A program made the translations under genes and the position numbers. A DNA stretch of 47,195 bases from the sequence record DRR723986_4992; one strand, given 5' to 3'. The notes beneath the pieces were generated by a model that searched no databases, was not told where the DNA came from, and worked only from the letters and a program-made list of their open reading frames with translations. Positions 26,544 through 36,005 of this stretch are shown in pieces (the first letter of the stretch is position 1; every line of letters starts with the position of its first letter).

Positions 26544-27246
26544 GCCTCTGGCCCTGCGCGGCCGGCGGCTCCAGCAACAGGGTTGGCAAACCCAGGCAAT
26601 GGCTCTTGACGGTGGCAACCCGGGTACCCGGTTTGCGACCCTCGCGGATCGCAGACAGGGTGACCCCGCGCTCGCGCAGGCGCGCAGCCTCCACCTCGAT
26701 GTCCGCGCACTGGAAGGCCAGGCCCCAGAATAGCGCCTGATCCGGACCGGTTTCCGGGTTGGCGATCACCTCCAGGGTCATCTGGCCGCAGCGGAAGAAC
26801 AGCATGCGACCGCCCCACTGCGGCTTTTCCTGGTCCAGCGCCAACCTGATGCCCAGCCGGTCCCGGAACAATTCAATACAGGACGGCGCATCCCGGGTCT
26901 GCAGGACGAGGTGATCAACCCGCAGCGGACTGATCAGGGCAGGCGCGGCGGCGCGCAGTTCCCGCAGCGCGGCGCCCCTGTCGAGCACGATATCCAGGCC
27001 CAAATTGTTTGCCACAGCTTCCGGACGCGCCGGTGCCTCCCCGGAATACAGGACCAGTCCGCTGATGCGGGCCTCGCTGGCCGCAGAGTCCGCGGTTTCG
27101 CACAATTCCAGCGCGGTATTGCCCAGCAGGAACAGGGACCGACCTGCGCTATCGGCGGCCTCGGTGGCTAGCAGGGCGGACAGCTGGCCGCTGGCAGCAG
27201 CGACGTCGGGGACACTGATCCGGATACGATCGAAAGCGCTGGGCAA
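26536..27246 (-). CDS. VOC/glyoxalase-family protein
   Basis: VDHLVL...LFRDRLG, MLFFRCG..TLEV, WGLAF, GRKPGTRVATVK. TTG start at 27246 with a GGAGG SD. Confidence 0.8.
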   Translation of the reverse strand: MPSAFDRIRISVPDVAAASGQLSALLATEAADSAGRSLFLLGNTALELCETADSAASEARISGLVLYSGEAPARPEAVANNLGLDIVLDRGAALRELRAAAPALISPLRVDHLVLQTRDAPSCIELFRDRLGIRLALDQEKPQWGGRMLFFRCGQMTLEVIANPETGPDQALFWGLAFQCADIEVEAARLRERGVTLSAIREGRKPGTRVATVKSHCLGLPTLLLEPPAAQGQRPT

Positions 27247-27383
27247 GAGACCTCCAAAGCTGACGCCGGGGTGGCGACGTCCAGAAAAAACATTGGTTCT
27301 GTTTCGGATACGGCTTAAACTGCTGACCCCCGAGAAAAAGAACAGGACCGGTTCCGGTCCAATCCCCAGCAAGGAGACACTGC

Positions 27384-28193
27384 ATGACCCGACTTTTCAA
27401 ACATTTTCTGCTCAGCGCGGCGCTTATCGCCGGTTCGCTACTGTCGACCGCCGGCATGGCGGGCGAGACACTGCAGCGCGTCATCGACTTCAAAACCCTC
27501 AAAGTCGGCATCTCCGGCGACCAGCCCCCGTTCAACATGGTCAACCGTGATGGCGTCCCCATGGGCTTCGACGTGGACCTGGCGGTTGCCCTGGCCAACG
27601 CCATGAAAGTCAAACCGGAAATCAAGCAAATGCCGTTCGGTGACCTGATGGCAGCGCTGGAGAACGAGGAAGTCGATATGGTGATTTCCGGGATGTCGAT
27701 CACGCCCGAGCGGGCGGAAATGGCGTCTTTCATCGGCCCTTACATGATGTCCGGTAAGTCGATCCTGACCAAGAACTCGGTGCTGGCCAAAGCCTCTGAT
27801 TCCGACGCGTTCAACCGCGGCGACCTTCGCCTGGCAGCGCTGAAGAACTCCACCTCTGCCAGTTTCATCAGCTCCGCGGCTCCCGAGGCGACCCTGATTG
27901 AAGTCGCCACCTACGAGGAAGCGATCAAGGGCCTCAATGAGGGCAAGATCGATGGCCTGGTAGCAGACATGCCGGTATGCGTGCTGACCGTCCTGCGCTA
28001 CCCGGATGCCGGTTTCGTTACCCTCGACAAGCCGCTCACCGTGGAACCGGTGGGCATCGCGGTCAAGGCAAGCGACCCGCAGTTTCACAACCTGGTAGAC
28101 AATTACCTCGAGGCCTACGGCAAGATGGGCATCCTGGCCAAGATTCGCGCCAAGTGGTTCGAGAACAACAACTGGGTCGCCGCCCTCCCCTGA
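27384..28193 (+). CDS. Periplasmic solute-binding protein family 3 (polar amino acid type), orphan
   Basis: Signal peptide, LKVGISGDQPPF, GFDVDLA, DMVISGMSITPER, C-terminal KWF. AAGGAG SD. Confidence 0.92.
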   Translation: MTRLFKHFLLSAALIAGSLLSTAGMAGETLQRVIDFKTLKVGISGDQPPFNMVNRDGVPMGFDVDLAVALANAMKVKPEIKQMPFGDLMAALENEEVDMVISGMSITPERAEMASFIGPYMMSGKSILTKNSVLAKASDSDAFNRGDLRLAALKNSTSASFISSAAPEATLIEVATYEEAIKGLNEGKIDGLVADMPVCVLTVLRYPDAGFVTLDKPLTVEPVGIAVKASDPQFHNLVDNYLEAYGKMGILAKIRAKWFENNNWVAALP

Positions 28194-28197
28194 GCTG

Positions 28198-29250
28198 ATG
28201 GCGAACACCAGCAATAGACTAAGGGCGGGAGCGTGGCTACCCGCCCTTTTTTTTGGAGCCTTCATCATGACTAACGCCTGCGCCGAGCCCATCGTCATTG
28301 CCCATCGCGGCGCCAGCGCATACCTGCCCGAGCACACCCTGGCGGCCAAGGCTATGGCCCACGCGATGAACGCGGACTATCTCGAGCAGGACGTGGTGCT
28401 GACCCGGGACGGGGTGCCGATCGTGCTGCACGACATTCATCTTGAACCGACCACCGATGTCGAGCAGGTCTTTCCCGGCAGGCAACGCGAGGATGGCCAC
28501 TATTACGCCATCGACTTCAGCCTCGCCGAGATACGAAGACTGCGCGCCCACGAGCGCACCGGGCTGGACGCCGATGGTCAGCGGGTGGCGGTATTCGGGC
28601 AGCGCTTCCCCGCCGGCGTGGAGCTGCTCACCGTTCCCACCCTGGAAGAGGAAATCCTGTTTATCGCGGGTATGGATCGCAGCCGCAATCGCAGCACCGG
28701 CCTGTACATTGAACTGAAAGCGCCGAACTTCCACCGGGACGAGGGCCAGGACATCGCCAGGGCAGTGCTCGCCGTGCTGGACCGTACCGGCTACGCCGAG
28801 CGCGCGGACCGGGTCTTCCTGCAGAGCTTCGACGACAAGGTGCTGCGCTACCTTCGCGAGGACCTGCAAACGCCGCTGCCGCTGATCCAGTTAATCGCCG
28901 ATAGCAGCTGGGGTGAAGACTCCGCAGTGGACTACGACTACCTGCGCACTGATCCCGGCCTGGACTACATCGCGAGCTATGCCGCGGGGATCGGGCCCTG
29001 GTTCATGCAGATCTATCTCGGTGTCGACGAACAGGGCCAGGCACGCACCAGCGACCTGATCGCGCGCTCCCACGCCAGGGGTCTCGCGGTGCACCCCTAC
29101 ACCTTCCGGCGCGACCAGCTACCCGCCGGCATCGGGTCCTTTGACCGGCTGCTCGAGCTGTTTCTGGTGCAACTGGAAGCCGACGGGGTTTTCACCGACT
29201 TCCCCGACCTTGCGCGTTCGTTTATCGACAGCATGCCGGTCCGGCCATGA
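28198..29250 (+). CDS. glpQ: Glycerophosphodiester phosphodiesterase
   Basis: VIAHRGASAYLPEHT, YLEQDVVLTRDG..VLHD, YIELK, FLQSFD, VHPYTFR, DGVFTDFPD. Start 28198 (with signal peptide) or 28267. Confidence 0.93.
   Translation: MANTSNRLRAGAWLPALFFGAFIMTNACAEPIVIAHRGASAYLPEHTLAAKAMAHAMNADYLEQDVVLTRDGVPIVLHDIHLEPTTDVEQVFPGRQREDGHYYAIDFSLAEIRRLRAHERTGLDADGQRVAVFGQRFPAGVELLTVPTLEEEILFIAGMDRSRNRSTGLYIELKAPNFHRDEGQDIARAVLAVLDRTGYAERADRVFLQSFDDKVLRYLREDLQTPLPLIQLIADSSWGEDSAVDYDYLRTDPGLDYIASYAAGIGPWFMQIYLGVDEQGQARTSDLIARSHARGLAVHPYTFRRDQLPAGIGSFDRLLELFLVQLEADGVFTDFPDLARSFIDSMPVRP
28221..28254 (+). terminator. Intrinsic terminator after the solute-binding protein gene, overlapping the glpQ 5' end
   Basis: AAGGGCGGG-AGC-GTG-GCT-A-CCCGCCC followed by eight T residues. 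Confidence 0.8.
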
Positions 29251-29624
29251 CCCACGACGAGGCACGCGCCTACCTGCTGTCCAAACCCGAGTCGCTGGAA
29301 GACTACCCCTTCGGGCCCGACATCCGGGTGCTCAAGATTCGCGGCAAGATGTTTGCCACCCTGGTGCCAGGCAACGACGGCATCGGCCGCATGAATCTCA
29401 AGTGTGACCCTGACGAGGCCATCATGCTGCGTGATATATTTCCCGCTGTACTGCCCGGCTACCATATGAACAAGCGCCACTGGAACACCGTAATCCTCGA
29501 CGGCAGCATACCCAGGGGCGAGGTCGAGCGTATGATCGACAATTCTTACCGCCTGGTAGTCGCCGGTCTGCCGGCTCGCCAGCGGCAGGCCCTGCAAATC
29601 CAATACGGCAAGGAGCAACTGTGA
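29247..29624 (+). CDS. MmcQ/YjbR-family protein
   Basis: DYPFGPD..VLKIRGKMFA, NLKCDP, PGYHMNKRHWNTV. Confidence 0.92.
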   Translation: MTHDEARAYLLSKPESLEDYPFGPDIRVLKIRGKMFATLVPGNDGIGRMNLKCDPDEAIMLRDIFPAVLPGYHMNKRHWNTVILDGSIPRGEVERMIDNSYRLVVAGLPARQRQALQIQYGKEQL

Positions 29625-31069
29625 GTATCCGCGTTAACCGACGCACCAAGATTGTTGCCACCATCGGCCCCGGCAGTGAATCCGAGACCATGATTGCCCG
29701 CCTGATCCAGGCCGGTGTGGATGTCTTCCGACTCAATTTCAGCCACGGCACCGCGCAACAGCATGCGCAGGTGGCGGCCCGTATTCGCAAGCAGGCGGCG
29801 CTGGCAGCGCGTTATGTCGGCATCCTCGCGGACCTGCAGGGCCCGAAAATACGGATTCGCAGCTTTCGCAATGATCCGGTGAAGCTGGCTGCGGGCGATC
29901 GCTTTCGGCTAGACCTGGACACAGCGGATGGCGAAGGCGACGGGCGCGGCGTTGGCCTGGAGTACGAAGGCCTCGCGGAGAACGTCATCCAGGGCGACAC
30001 CTTGTTGCTTGATGACGGCCGTATACGCCTGCGGGTGGATGACGTGGAACCCAGGGCAGTAGATTGTACGGTGCTGGTGGGCGGTAAACTCGGCTCGCGC
30101 AAGGGTATCAACCGTCTGGGTGGCGGGTTGGCGGCACCGGCGCTGACCGAGAAGGACATGGCTGATATCTGCCAATTGCCCCAGATCATGCCCGACTTCG
30201 TCGCGGTATCGTTTGTATCCAGCACCAGGGACATCAGCCACGCGAAAGCCCTGCTGCAGGAACAGGGCCTGGAGCCCGCAATCATTGCCAAAATCGAACG
30301 GGCGGAAGTGGTGGCCGACAGCGCCGTGCTCGACGGCATCCTGGAGGCCTCAACCGGGATCATGGTGGCCCGGGGTGATCTCGGAGTGGAAGTCGGGGAT
30401 GCACAGCTCATCGGTATCCAGAAAGACCTGATTTCCCGCGCCCGCAAGCGCGACCGGGTGGTCATAACCGCTACCCAGATGATGGAGAGCATGATCAGCA
30501 ACTCCATGCCCACCCGGGCCGAGGTGTTCGATGTCGCCAACGCGGTACTTGATGGTACCGATGCGGTCATGCTGTCGGCGGAAACCGCGGTTGGCGAATA
30601 TCCGGTGGAAGTCGTCGCGGCGATGGCAGACGCGGCCCTCGGTGCCGAGCGCCACCCGGTGGCACGGACGTCCCGTTACCGGCTGGACAAACAGTTCACC
30701 AGCGCTCAGGAAACTATCGCCATGTCGGCAATCTATGCCGCCAACCACTACAGTAACGTGCGTGGCATCGCCTGCCTCACCGAATCCGGCACTACCCCGC
30801 TGCTGATGTCGCGCCTCAGTTCGGGCCTGCCGATCTTTGCGCTCAGTGAGCAGGGAGCGACGTTGCAGAAACTCAGCCTGTGCCGCGGCGTGGTGCCCCT
30901 GTACTTTGACGCCGGCGCCTTCGACCGGGACAGTGTCGAAGCCAGGGCAATCGAGTTCCTGCGCGATGGCGGCTTCATAGCCAAGGGCGATTCAATCCTG
31001 TTGACCAAGGGCCAGGTCATGGGCCGTCCAGGCTCGACCAACATCATGAAGATCCTGCCGGTCACATGA
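29621..31069 (+). CDS. pyk: Pyruvate kinase
   Basis: RRTKIVATIGP, RLNFSHG, DLQGPKIR, IIAKIE, MVARGDLGVE, TATQMMESM, PTRAEVFDVANAVLDGTDAVMLSAET. Confidence 0.98.
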   Translation: MSIRVNRRTKIVATIGPGSESETMIARLIQAGVDVFRLNFSHGTAQQHAQVAARIRKQAALAARYVGILADLQGPKIRIRSFRNDPVKLAAGDRFRLDLDTADGEGDGRGVGLEYEGLAENVIQGDTLLLDDGRIRLRVDDVEPRAVDCTVLVGGKLGSRKGINRLGGGLAAPALTEKDMADICQLPQIMPDFVAVSFVSSTRDISHAKALLQEQGLEPAIIAKIERAEVVADSAVLDGILEASTGIMVARGDLGVEVGDAQLIGIQKDLISRARKRDRVVITATQMMESMISNSMPTRAEVFDVANAVLDGTDAVMLSAETAVGEYPVEVVAAMADAALGAERHPVARTSRYRLDKQFTSAQETIAMSAIYAANHYSNVRGIACLTESGTTPLLMSRLSSGLPIFALSEQGATLQKLSLCRGVVPLYFDAGAFDRDSVEARAIEFLRDGGFIAKGDSILLTKGQVMGRPGSTNIMKILPVT

Positions 31070-32028
31070 GCGAGGCGAATGCCGGACACCGCCTGGTGGC
31101 TGACGTCGGCGGTACCAATACCCGTATCGCCCTGTTCGATGAACGGGCCGGGCTCTTCAAGCACCTGCAGACCTACCGCAACAGCGACTTTGCCCGCCTG
31201 GAAGATCTGGTGCAGGACTGGTTGGCGCTGCTCACCGACGTACCAGAGAAAGGCTGCATCGCCATCGCCGCCAGTCTGGGCGGTGACCAGGTGGACATGG
31301 TCAATCGGGACTGGCACTTCTCGCGCGACGCGTTCGCCCGGGCGACCGGCATCAGGCAGCTGGACTGGATCAACGACTTCGTCGCCAATGCCCACGCCCT
31401 GCCCTATCTGACGGCCAGCGACCAGTTGCTGCTGCATGCAGGCGGCAAGCCGGCCAGTGCAAAACGCGCCGTCTTCGGCCCGGGTACCGGCCTTGGCGGC
31501 GCCACCCTGGAACCGGTCGGGGATGGCTGGCTTGCCTGTCCCTGCGAGCCCGGCCACGCCGGTCTGGCACCTGGGAATGCGCTTGAACTGGAACTGTTCT
31601 CCTGGCTGCTGGCCAGATACGACAGTATCTACACCGAGTTGCTGGTATCGGGCCCCGGCCTGCAGCGCCTGCACCGTGCCCTGGCGGACATTCACGGCAC
31701 TGCCTTCGACGAGCTGAGCCCGGAGCAGATCTCGCAACGGGGCATGGCTGACGAGGACCCGCTGTGCCGGCTGAGTCTGGACCTGTTCTGCGACCTGCTG
31801 GGCTCCGCCTGCGGTGACTTTCTGGTGTGCAGCGGTGCCCTCGGCGGAGTGCATCTTGGCGGCGGCATCCTGCCGCAGATTGCGCCCATTCTTGAGAACA
31901 GCGGCTTTCATTCCCGGCTCTGCCACAAGGGCGCGATGGGCGGCGTTCTGCAGCAGGTTCCGGTTTACCTCATTACCCGCGAACACCCGGGCCTGCTGGG
32001 TGCAGCTCACGCACCTCTGGCCAGCTAG
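31066..32028 (+). CDS. glk: Glucokinase
   Basis: LVADVGGTNTRIA, INDFVA, GPGTGLG, EPGH, ELLVSGPGL, LGGGI, GLLGAA. Confidence 0.92.
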   Translation: MSEANAGHRLVADVGGTNTRIALFDERAGLFKHLQTYRNSDFARLEDLVQDWLALLTDVPEKGCIAIAASLGGDQVDMVNRDWHFSRDAFARATGIRQLDWINDFVANAHALPYLTASDQLLLHAGGKPASAKRAVFGPGTGLGGATLEPVGDGWLACPCEPGHAGLAPGNALELELFSWLLARYDSIYTELLVSGPGLQRLHRALADIHGTAFDELSPEQISQRGMADEDPLCRLSLDLFCDLLGSACGDFLVCSGALGGVHLGGGILPQIAPILENSGFHSRLCHKGAMGGVLQQVPVYLITREHPGLLGAAHAPLAS

Positions 32029-33410
32029 ACCGGGAAGCGCAGGCGGGCGCTAAAGCCGCTAGCCCCGGGCCCGGGGCCAACGGAGAACTCCGCCCCGTGC
32101 TGGTCAGCGATACGCCGGACTATCGACAGACCCAGGCCTGCCCCCAGCCCGACACTTCCGGGCACCCGGTAAAAGCGATCCTCCAGGCGGGCAAATTCCT
32201 GCTCCGACAGGGGCTCGCAGGCGTTGCTGATAGTAAGTACGGCCGCCTCCTGCTCCGCCCGGAGGTCGACCCCGACCCGGCTACCCGGAGACCCGTAGCG
32301 AAAGGCGTTAACCAGCAGGTTGCGCAACAGGATCGCCAGCGCCTCCCGGTTGCCCTCGATAAGAATCTCTTCACCTTCCCCGGTGTCGATCTCCAGCCCC
32401 TGCTCGACCGCCAGATGGGCGGTCTCCGCGAGACTGTCGCTGAGCAGGCGGCGCAGGGCTACCGGTGCCGTGGGCAGGGGGGCCTCAGGGTCTACCCGCG
32501 CCATGGTCAATAACTGGTCCACCGTGTGGCTGGCCCTGTCGACCCGGGCGGCAATCCGGTCAAGCATTGAGGTGTGCTCACTGCCGGCCAGGCGTCGCTG
32601 GCACAGCTGCACCTCGGTTTTTATCGCCGCCAGGGGAGTCAGCAGCTCGTGGGCGGCGTTCGCGGTGAATCGCTGTTCGGCATCCAGCGCGTGATCGAGG
32701 CGCTGCAGCAGGTCATTGAGGGAATCCACCACCGGCTCGATTTCCTCCGGCACCTCGCCGGGATCAACCGGCTCCAGCGCCCGCGGATTGCGCCGCTGTA
32801 TCTGCGCCGTGAGCTTGCGCAGCGGCCGCAGGCCGCGGGTAACCCCGTAGTACAGTAGGCCGACCGTCAATGGCAGGATAATTAACAGGGGAAACAGGGC
32901 CTTCGCCAGGGTGGCGAACAAGGCCAGGCGGGCCGCATCGAGTTCGATGCCCACCAGGATCCAGAGTTCGGTGCGCTCGTCATAGCGCGCCAGCAGCCGC
33001 CAGTGGCTATGGGGATCCTCAAGGCCCTGGAAGGAAAAGCCCTCCTGCTGCGGCACCTCAAAGCGCGGGGAATCCGCGAGCACCGCCCACAGGCGACCAT
33101 CGAGGAAGATGTTCAGGGCCGGCGCGGCGTCCTCGGTAAGCTGGGCATCGATAACCAGGGGGCGCAGGTCACCGGTGCCACCCTCACGCTGCAACCAGGC
33201 CTCGGTCAGGGGGACACCGGCATCCATCTGGCGGTCGAACACCTGGGACACGTAGCTCACCAGGTCCACGTACTGCTCCAACTGGCGATCGACCTGGGCG
33301 AGCAATACCCGGGAGGCATAGAACCCGGTAATCACGGTGGAAGCGACCCACGCCGCAAGAGTAAACAGCAGCAGCGTGCCTATCAGCCGCTTGCGCAGGG
33401 ATACGGTCAT
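32025..33410 (-). CDS. Sensor histidine kinase, QseC/PmrB-like
   Basis: Two TM helices, HAMP domain, H-box FTANAAHELLTPL, N-box RNLLVNAFRY, RFYR, GAGLGLSIV. Confidence 0.93.
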   Translation of the reverse strand: MTVSLRKRLIGTLLLFTLAAWVASTVITGFYASRVLLAQVDRQLEQYVDLVSYVSQVFDRQMDAGVPLTEAWLQREGGTGDLRPLVIDAQLTEDAAPALNIFLDGRLWAVLADSPRFEVPQQEGFSFQGLEDPHSHWRLLARYDERTELWILVGIELDAARLALFATLAKALFPLLIILPLTVGLLYYGVTRGLRPLRKLTAQIQRRNPRALEPVDPGEVPEEIEPVVDSLNDLLQRLDHALDAEQRFTANAAHELLTPLAAIKTEVQLCQRRLAGSEHTSMLDRIAARVDRASHTVDQLLTMARVDPEAPLPTAPVALRRLLSDSLAETAHLAVEQGLEIDTGEGEEILIEGNREALAILLRNLLVNAFRYGSPGSRVGVDLRAEQEAAVLTISNACEPLSEQEFARLEDRFYRVPGSVGLGAGLGLSIVRRIADQHGAEFSVGPGPGASGFSARLRFPV

Positions 33411-34063
33411 GCCGGTATCCTGTAGCCGACACCGCGCATGGTCTCGATTGTCCCGCTGCCGAAGCGTTTGCGCAGGCGCGAGATGTAAACCTCAACCGTA
33501 TTCGAGCCAATCTCCTCGCCCCAGCTGTAGATGCCTTCCTCGAGCCGCGCACGCGACACGAAGCGGCCCACGTTGCGCACCAGGATCTCCAGGATGGCGT
33601 ACTCCCGGGCGGTCAATACCACCTCCTCTTCCGAAAAGCGCACCACCCGGTCCACCGGGTCGACGCTGATTCCGGCCGCGTGGAGGGTGGCAGCCCTGTG
33701 TTCGCCGCGCCGACGCAGCAAGGTTCTCACCCGGGCAAACAACTCGTCCATTTCAAACGGCTTGGTCAGGTAATCGTCGGCTCCCGAGTCCAGCCCGTCC
33801 ACCTTGTCGGCGAGGGTATTGCGAGCGGTCAGCAGGAGTACCGGCAGCGCCTGCTTGTCACTGCGCAACTGGCGCAGCACCTGCATGCCAGGTACTCCCG
33901 GCAGTCCGAGGTCGAGAATCAGCAGATCGTAGGGGGTCGCCGCCAGGGTCGCGCGCACCGGTTCGCCCGAACGCAACCAGTCCACAGCGTACTTCTCCAG
34001 GCTGAGGGCCGCCTCGAGCGACTCGCCCAGCTGGGGATCATCTTCGACCAGTAGTATTCGCAT
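33407..34063 (-). CDS. OmpR-family response regulator, QseB/PmrA-like
   Basis: MRILLVEDD, LDLGLP, GLDSGADDYLTKPF, SNTVEVYISRLRKR, ETMRGVGY. Confidence 0.95.
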   Translation of the reverse strand: MRILLVEDDPQLGESLEAALSLEKYAVDWLRSGEPVRATLAATPYDLLILDLGLPGVPGMQVLRQLRSDKQALPVLLLTARNTLADKVDGLDSGADDYLTKPFEMDELFARVRTLLRRRGEHRAATLHAAGISVDPVDRVVRFSEEEVVLTAREYAILEILVRNVGRFVSRARLEEGIYSWGEEIGSNTVEVYISRLRKRFGSGTIETMRGVGYRIPA

Positions 34064-34347
34064 CGCGCCAGCTTGGTCCCGGGGGGCCAGATAAAGGGTT
34101 GCCAGTGTCTGAATTCAACATGAAACGGGTCTTAATGTCCTCGCCAAAAACCGGAAAATTCCCAAATTATTTGTTTCACATGCCACGCGAAGCGCCAGAG
34201 CCGGTGATACACTGCAAGGGCTGGGGTATCCAGCGGTGTTTATGAAGGCGGTCGAAGTTCCTCCAAGTTCCTCGGTACGTTCAGCATAAATTAAGTCAGG
34301 TAATCTGGAACTTCGAGAGTCCAGCCAAAGCACAACAGGTATTAACT

Positions 34348-34554
34348 ATGTCTACAGTCACCGGCACCGTAAAATGGTTCAACGAAACCAAGGGCTTCGG
34401 GTTCATTGAACAGGAAGGCGGCCCCGACGTGTTCGTCCATTTCAGCGCTATCAAGGGCGACGGTTTCAAAACCCTGTCCGATGGCCAGAAGGTCGAGTTC
34501 ACCATCTCGCAAGGCCAGAAAGGCCCGCAGGCGGAGAACGTCGTACCCGTCTGA
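34348..34554 (+). CDS. Cold-shock protein (CspA family)
   Basis: [15 protein letters not shown] (RNP1), DVFVHF (RNP2), GPQAENV. Confidence 0.98.
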   Translation: MSTVTGTVKWFNETKGFGFIEQEGGPDVFVHFSAIKGDGFKTLSDGQKVEFTISQGQKGPQAENVVPV

Positions 34555-34587
34555 TCAGGACGGTTGCCGTGATTAACCTTGCGGCAT

Positions 34588-34618
34588 AAAAAAAGGAGCA
34601 CCTCGGTGCTCCTTTTTT
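34588..34618. terminator. Bidirectional intrinsic terminator
   Basis: A7-GGAGCACC-TC-GGTGCTCC-T6 between the convergent csp and TPR genes. Confidence 0.92.
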
Positions 34619-34640
34619 CGTTCTGGCGCCGGGCGCCGGA

Positions 34641-36005
34641 TCAAACGTCCTCAGCCAGCTTGCGCTGCCGTTCAAGCTCGGTGTCCATATACTTCATCCA
34701 CTGGCTTGCGTACTGCTCCGAGCGCTTGTCACGACCGGCCGCCTTGAACGCTTCACGTGCCTTGTCGTACTGCTTGGTGTTGAAATACGCCATGCCAAGA
34801 ACCAGGCGCGCCGTATCAGGGCGCTTCACCCCACCGCGGGCCAGCCCCTTGGTAATTGCCGAGATCGCTTTCTGGTTCTGGTCACCGTCCAGGTAGATAT
34901 TGCCCAGGCGAGCGTAGAGTTCGCCGGAGTCAGAACGCTCCGCGGCCTCTTCCATCGCCGGGATGGCCTTGGCCACTTCCTGGGACTGACGCCAGGCGTT
35001 ACCCATGATTTCGTAGTTCTTGGACGTCTTCTCGACCGACCCGTTGCCAATACCCTTGTCCAGAACCCTGGCTGCCTTGTACGGCACATCGCCGTTCAGG
35101 TAGAGATAGGCCATGGTGACCTGCTCGGTGCCCTTATCCAGCATGTCCTGCTTGTAGGCGGTTTCCATCGCCGCAAGCTGCCAGCTGTCTTTCTTCTGCT
35201 CACCGTACATGTGCGACAGCTGCACCCAGTACTGCTTCTTCGGGTAGTGAACCAGCAGCTCTTCCAGCACGTTTACCGCACTGTTGACGTCGTTCTTGTC
35301 GAAGTACAGGAAGCGAGCGAGGTTATACCACTGCTCCTTGGGCACCTTGCCCTTCTCCTTGTACATGTTCATCGCCCGCTCGACGTTGGTCAGTGCCTTG
35401 GGGTAATCCTTGACCTGGTAATAGCCCTGGGACAACAGCACATAGGCCGTTTCCGGGGGGTTTTCAGTCATCTTGAACCACTGCAGCAAGGCGTCGATAC
35501 CGCGCTGCCACTGCTCCTGGACGAAGTACAACTGCGCTACCGTGTAGCGGGTGTTGATTTCCATCGCCAGCGGAATGTCAGGCTGCTTGATGACATTCTC
35601 GTAAGCCTGCAGGGCCTTGGCATAGTCCTCGCGGGAATAGTGAATAAACGCGTACAGGTTATAGACGTTGGCCAGCTCGTAGCTGTTGAGTTCGTTCTTG
35701 CCGCCTGACGCGATCATGCTGTCGAGGACTTTCGCCGCGCCGGCGAGATCCTTGGCTTCGGCGGCAGCCTGGGCTTCCGCGAGGCGCTCGTAGACCTTGT
35801 TCCGCAGGGCCGGAGTACGCCGGGTCTCCTGCTGCTGCTTGGGCTGCCCTTCTTCCTGCGCCTGCACGGCGCCGAAGCTCGCAAAGCCAAGCTCGGACTG
35901 GACCTGGGTGACAGTCAGCTGGGCGGCGATAACCGGCACAGCCAACAGCGCCGCGCGCGCCCAGGTTCTGCTATTAAGCAATGACATAGGAACCACCCGC
36001 ATCAA
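34641..36005 (-). CDS. TPR-repeat periplasmic protein (TtpD-like)
   Basis: Signal-like N-terminus, repeated TPR-type helices; last gene of the tonB operon. Confidence 0.85.
   Translation of the reverse strand: MMRVVPMSLLNSRTWARAALLAVPVIAAQLTVTQVQSELGFASFGAVQAQEEGQPKQQQETRRTPALRNKVYERLAEAQAAAEAKDLAGAAKVLDSMIASGGKNELNSYELANVYNLYAFIHYSREDYAKALQAYENVIKQPDIPLAMEINTRYTVAQLYFVQEQWQRGIDALLQWFKMTENPPETAYVLLSQGYYQVKDYPKALTNVERAMNMYKEKGKVPKEQWYNLARFLYFDKNDVNSAVNVLEELLVHYPKKQYWVQLSHMYGEQKKDSWQLAAMETAYKQDMLDKGTEQVTMAYLYLNGDVPYKAARVLDKGIGNGSVEKTSKNYEIMGNAWRQSQEVAKAIPAMEEAAERSDSGELYARLGNIYLDGDQNQKAISAITKGLARGGVKRPDTARLVLGMAYFNTKQYDKAREAFKAAGRDKRSEQYASQWMKYMDTELERQRKLAEDV

Noticed and set aside
34064-34200. 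Possible QseB/PmrA direct-repeat box upstream of the response regulator
   Set aside because: Only one CTTAA half-site is visible, with no properly spaced repeat.
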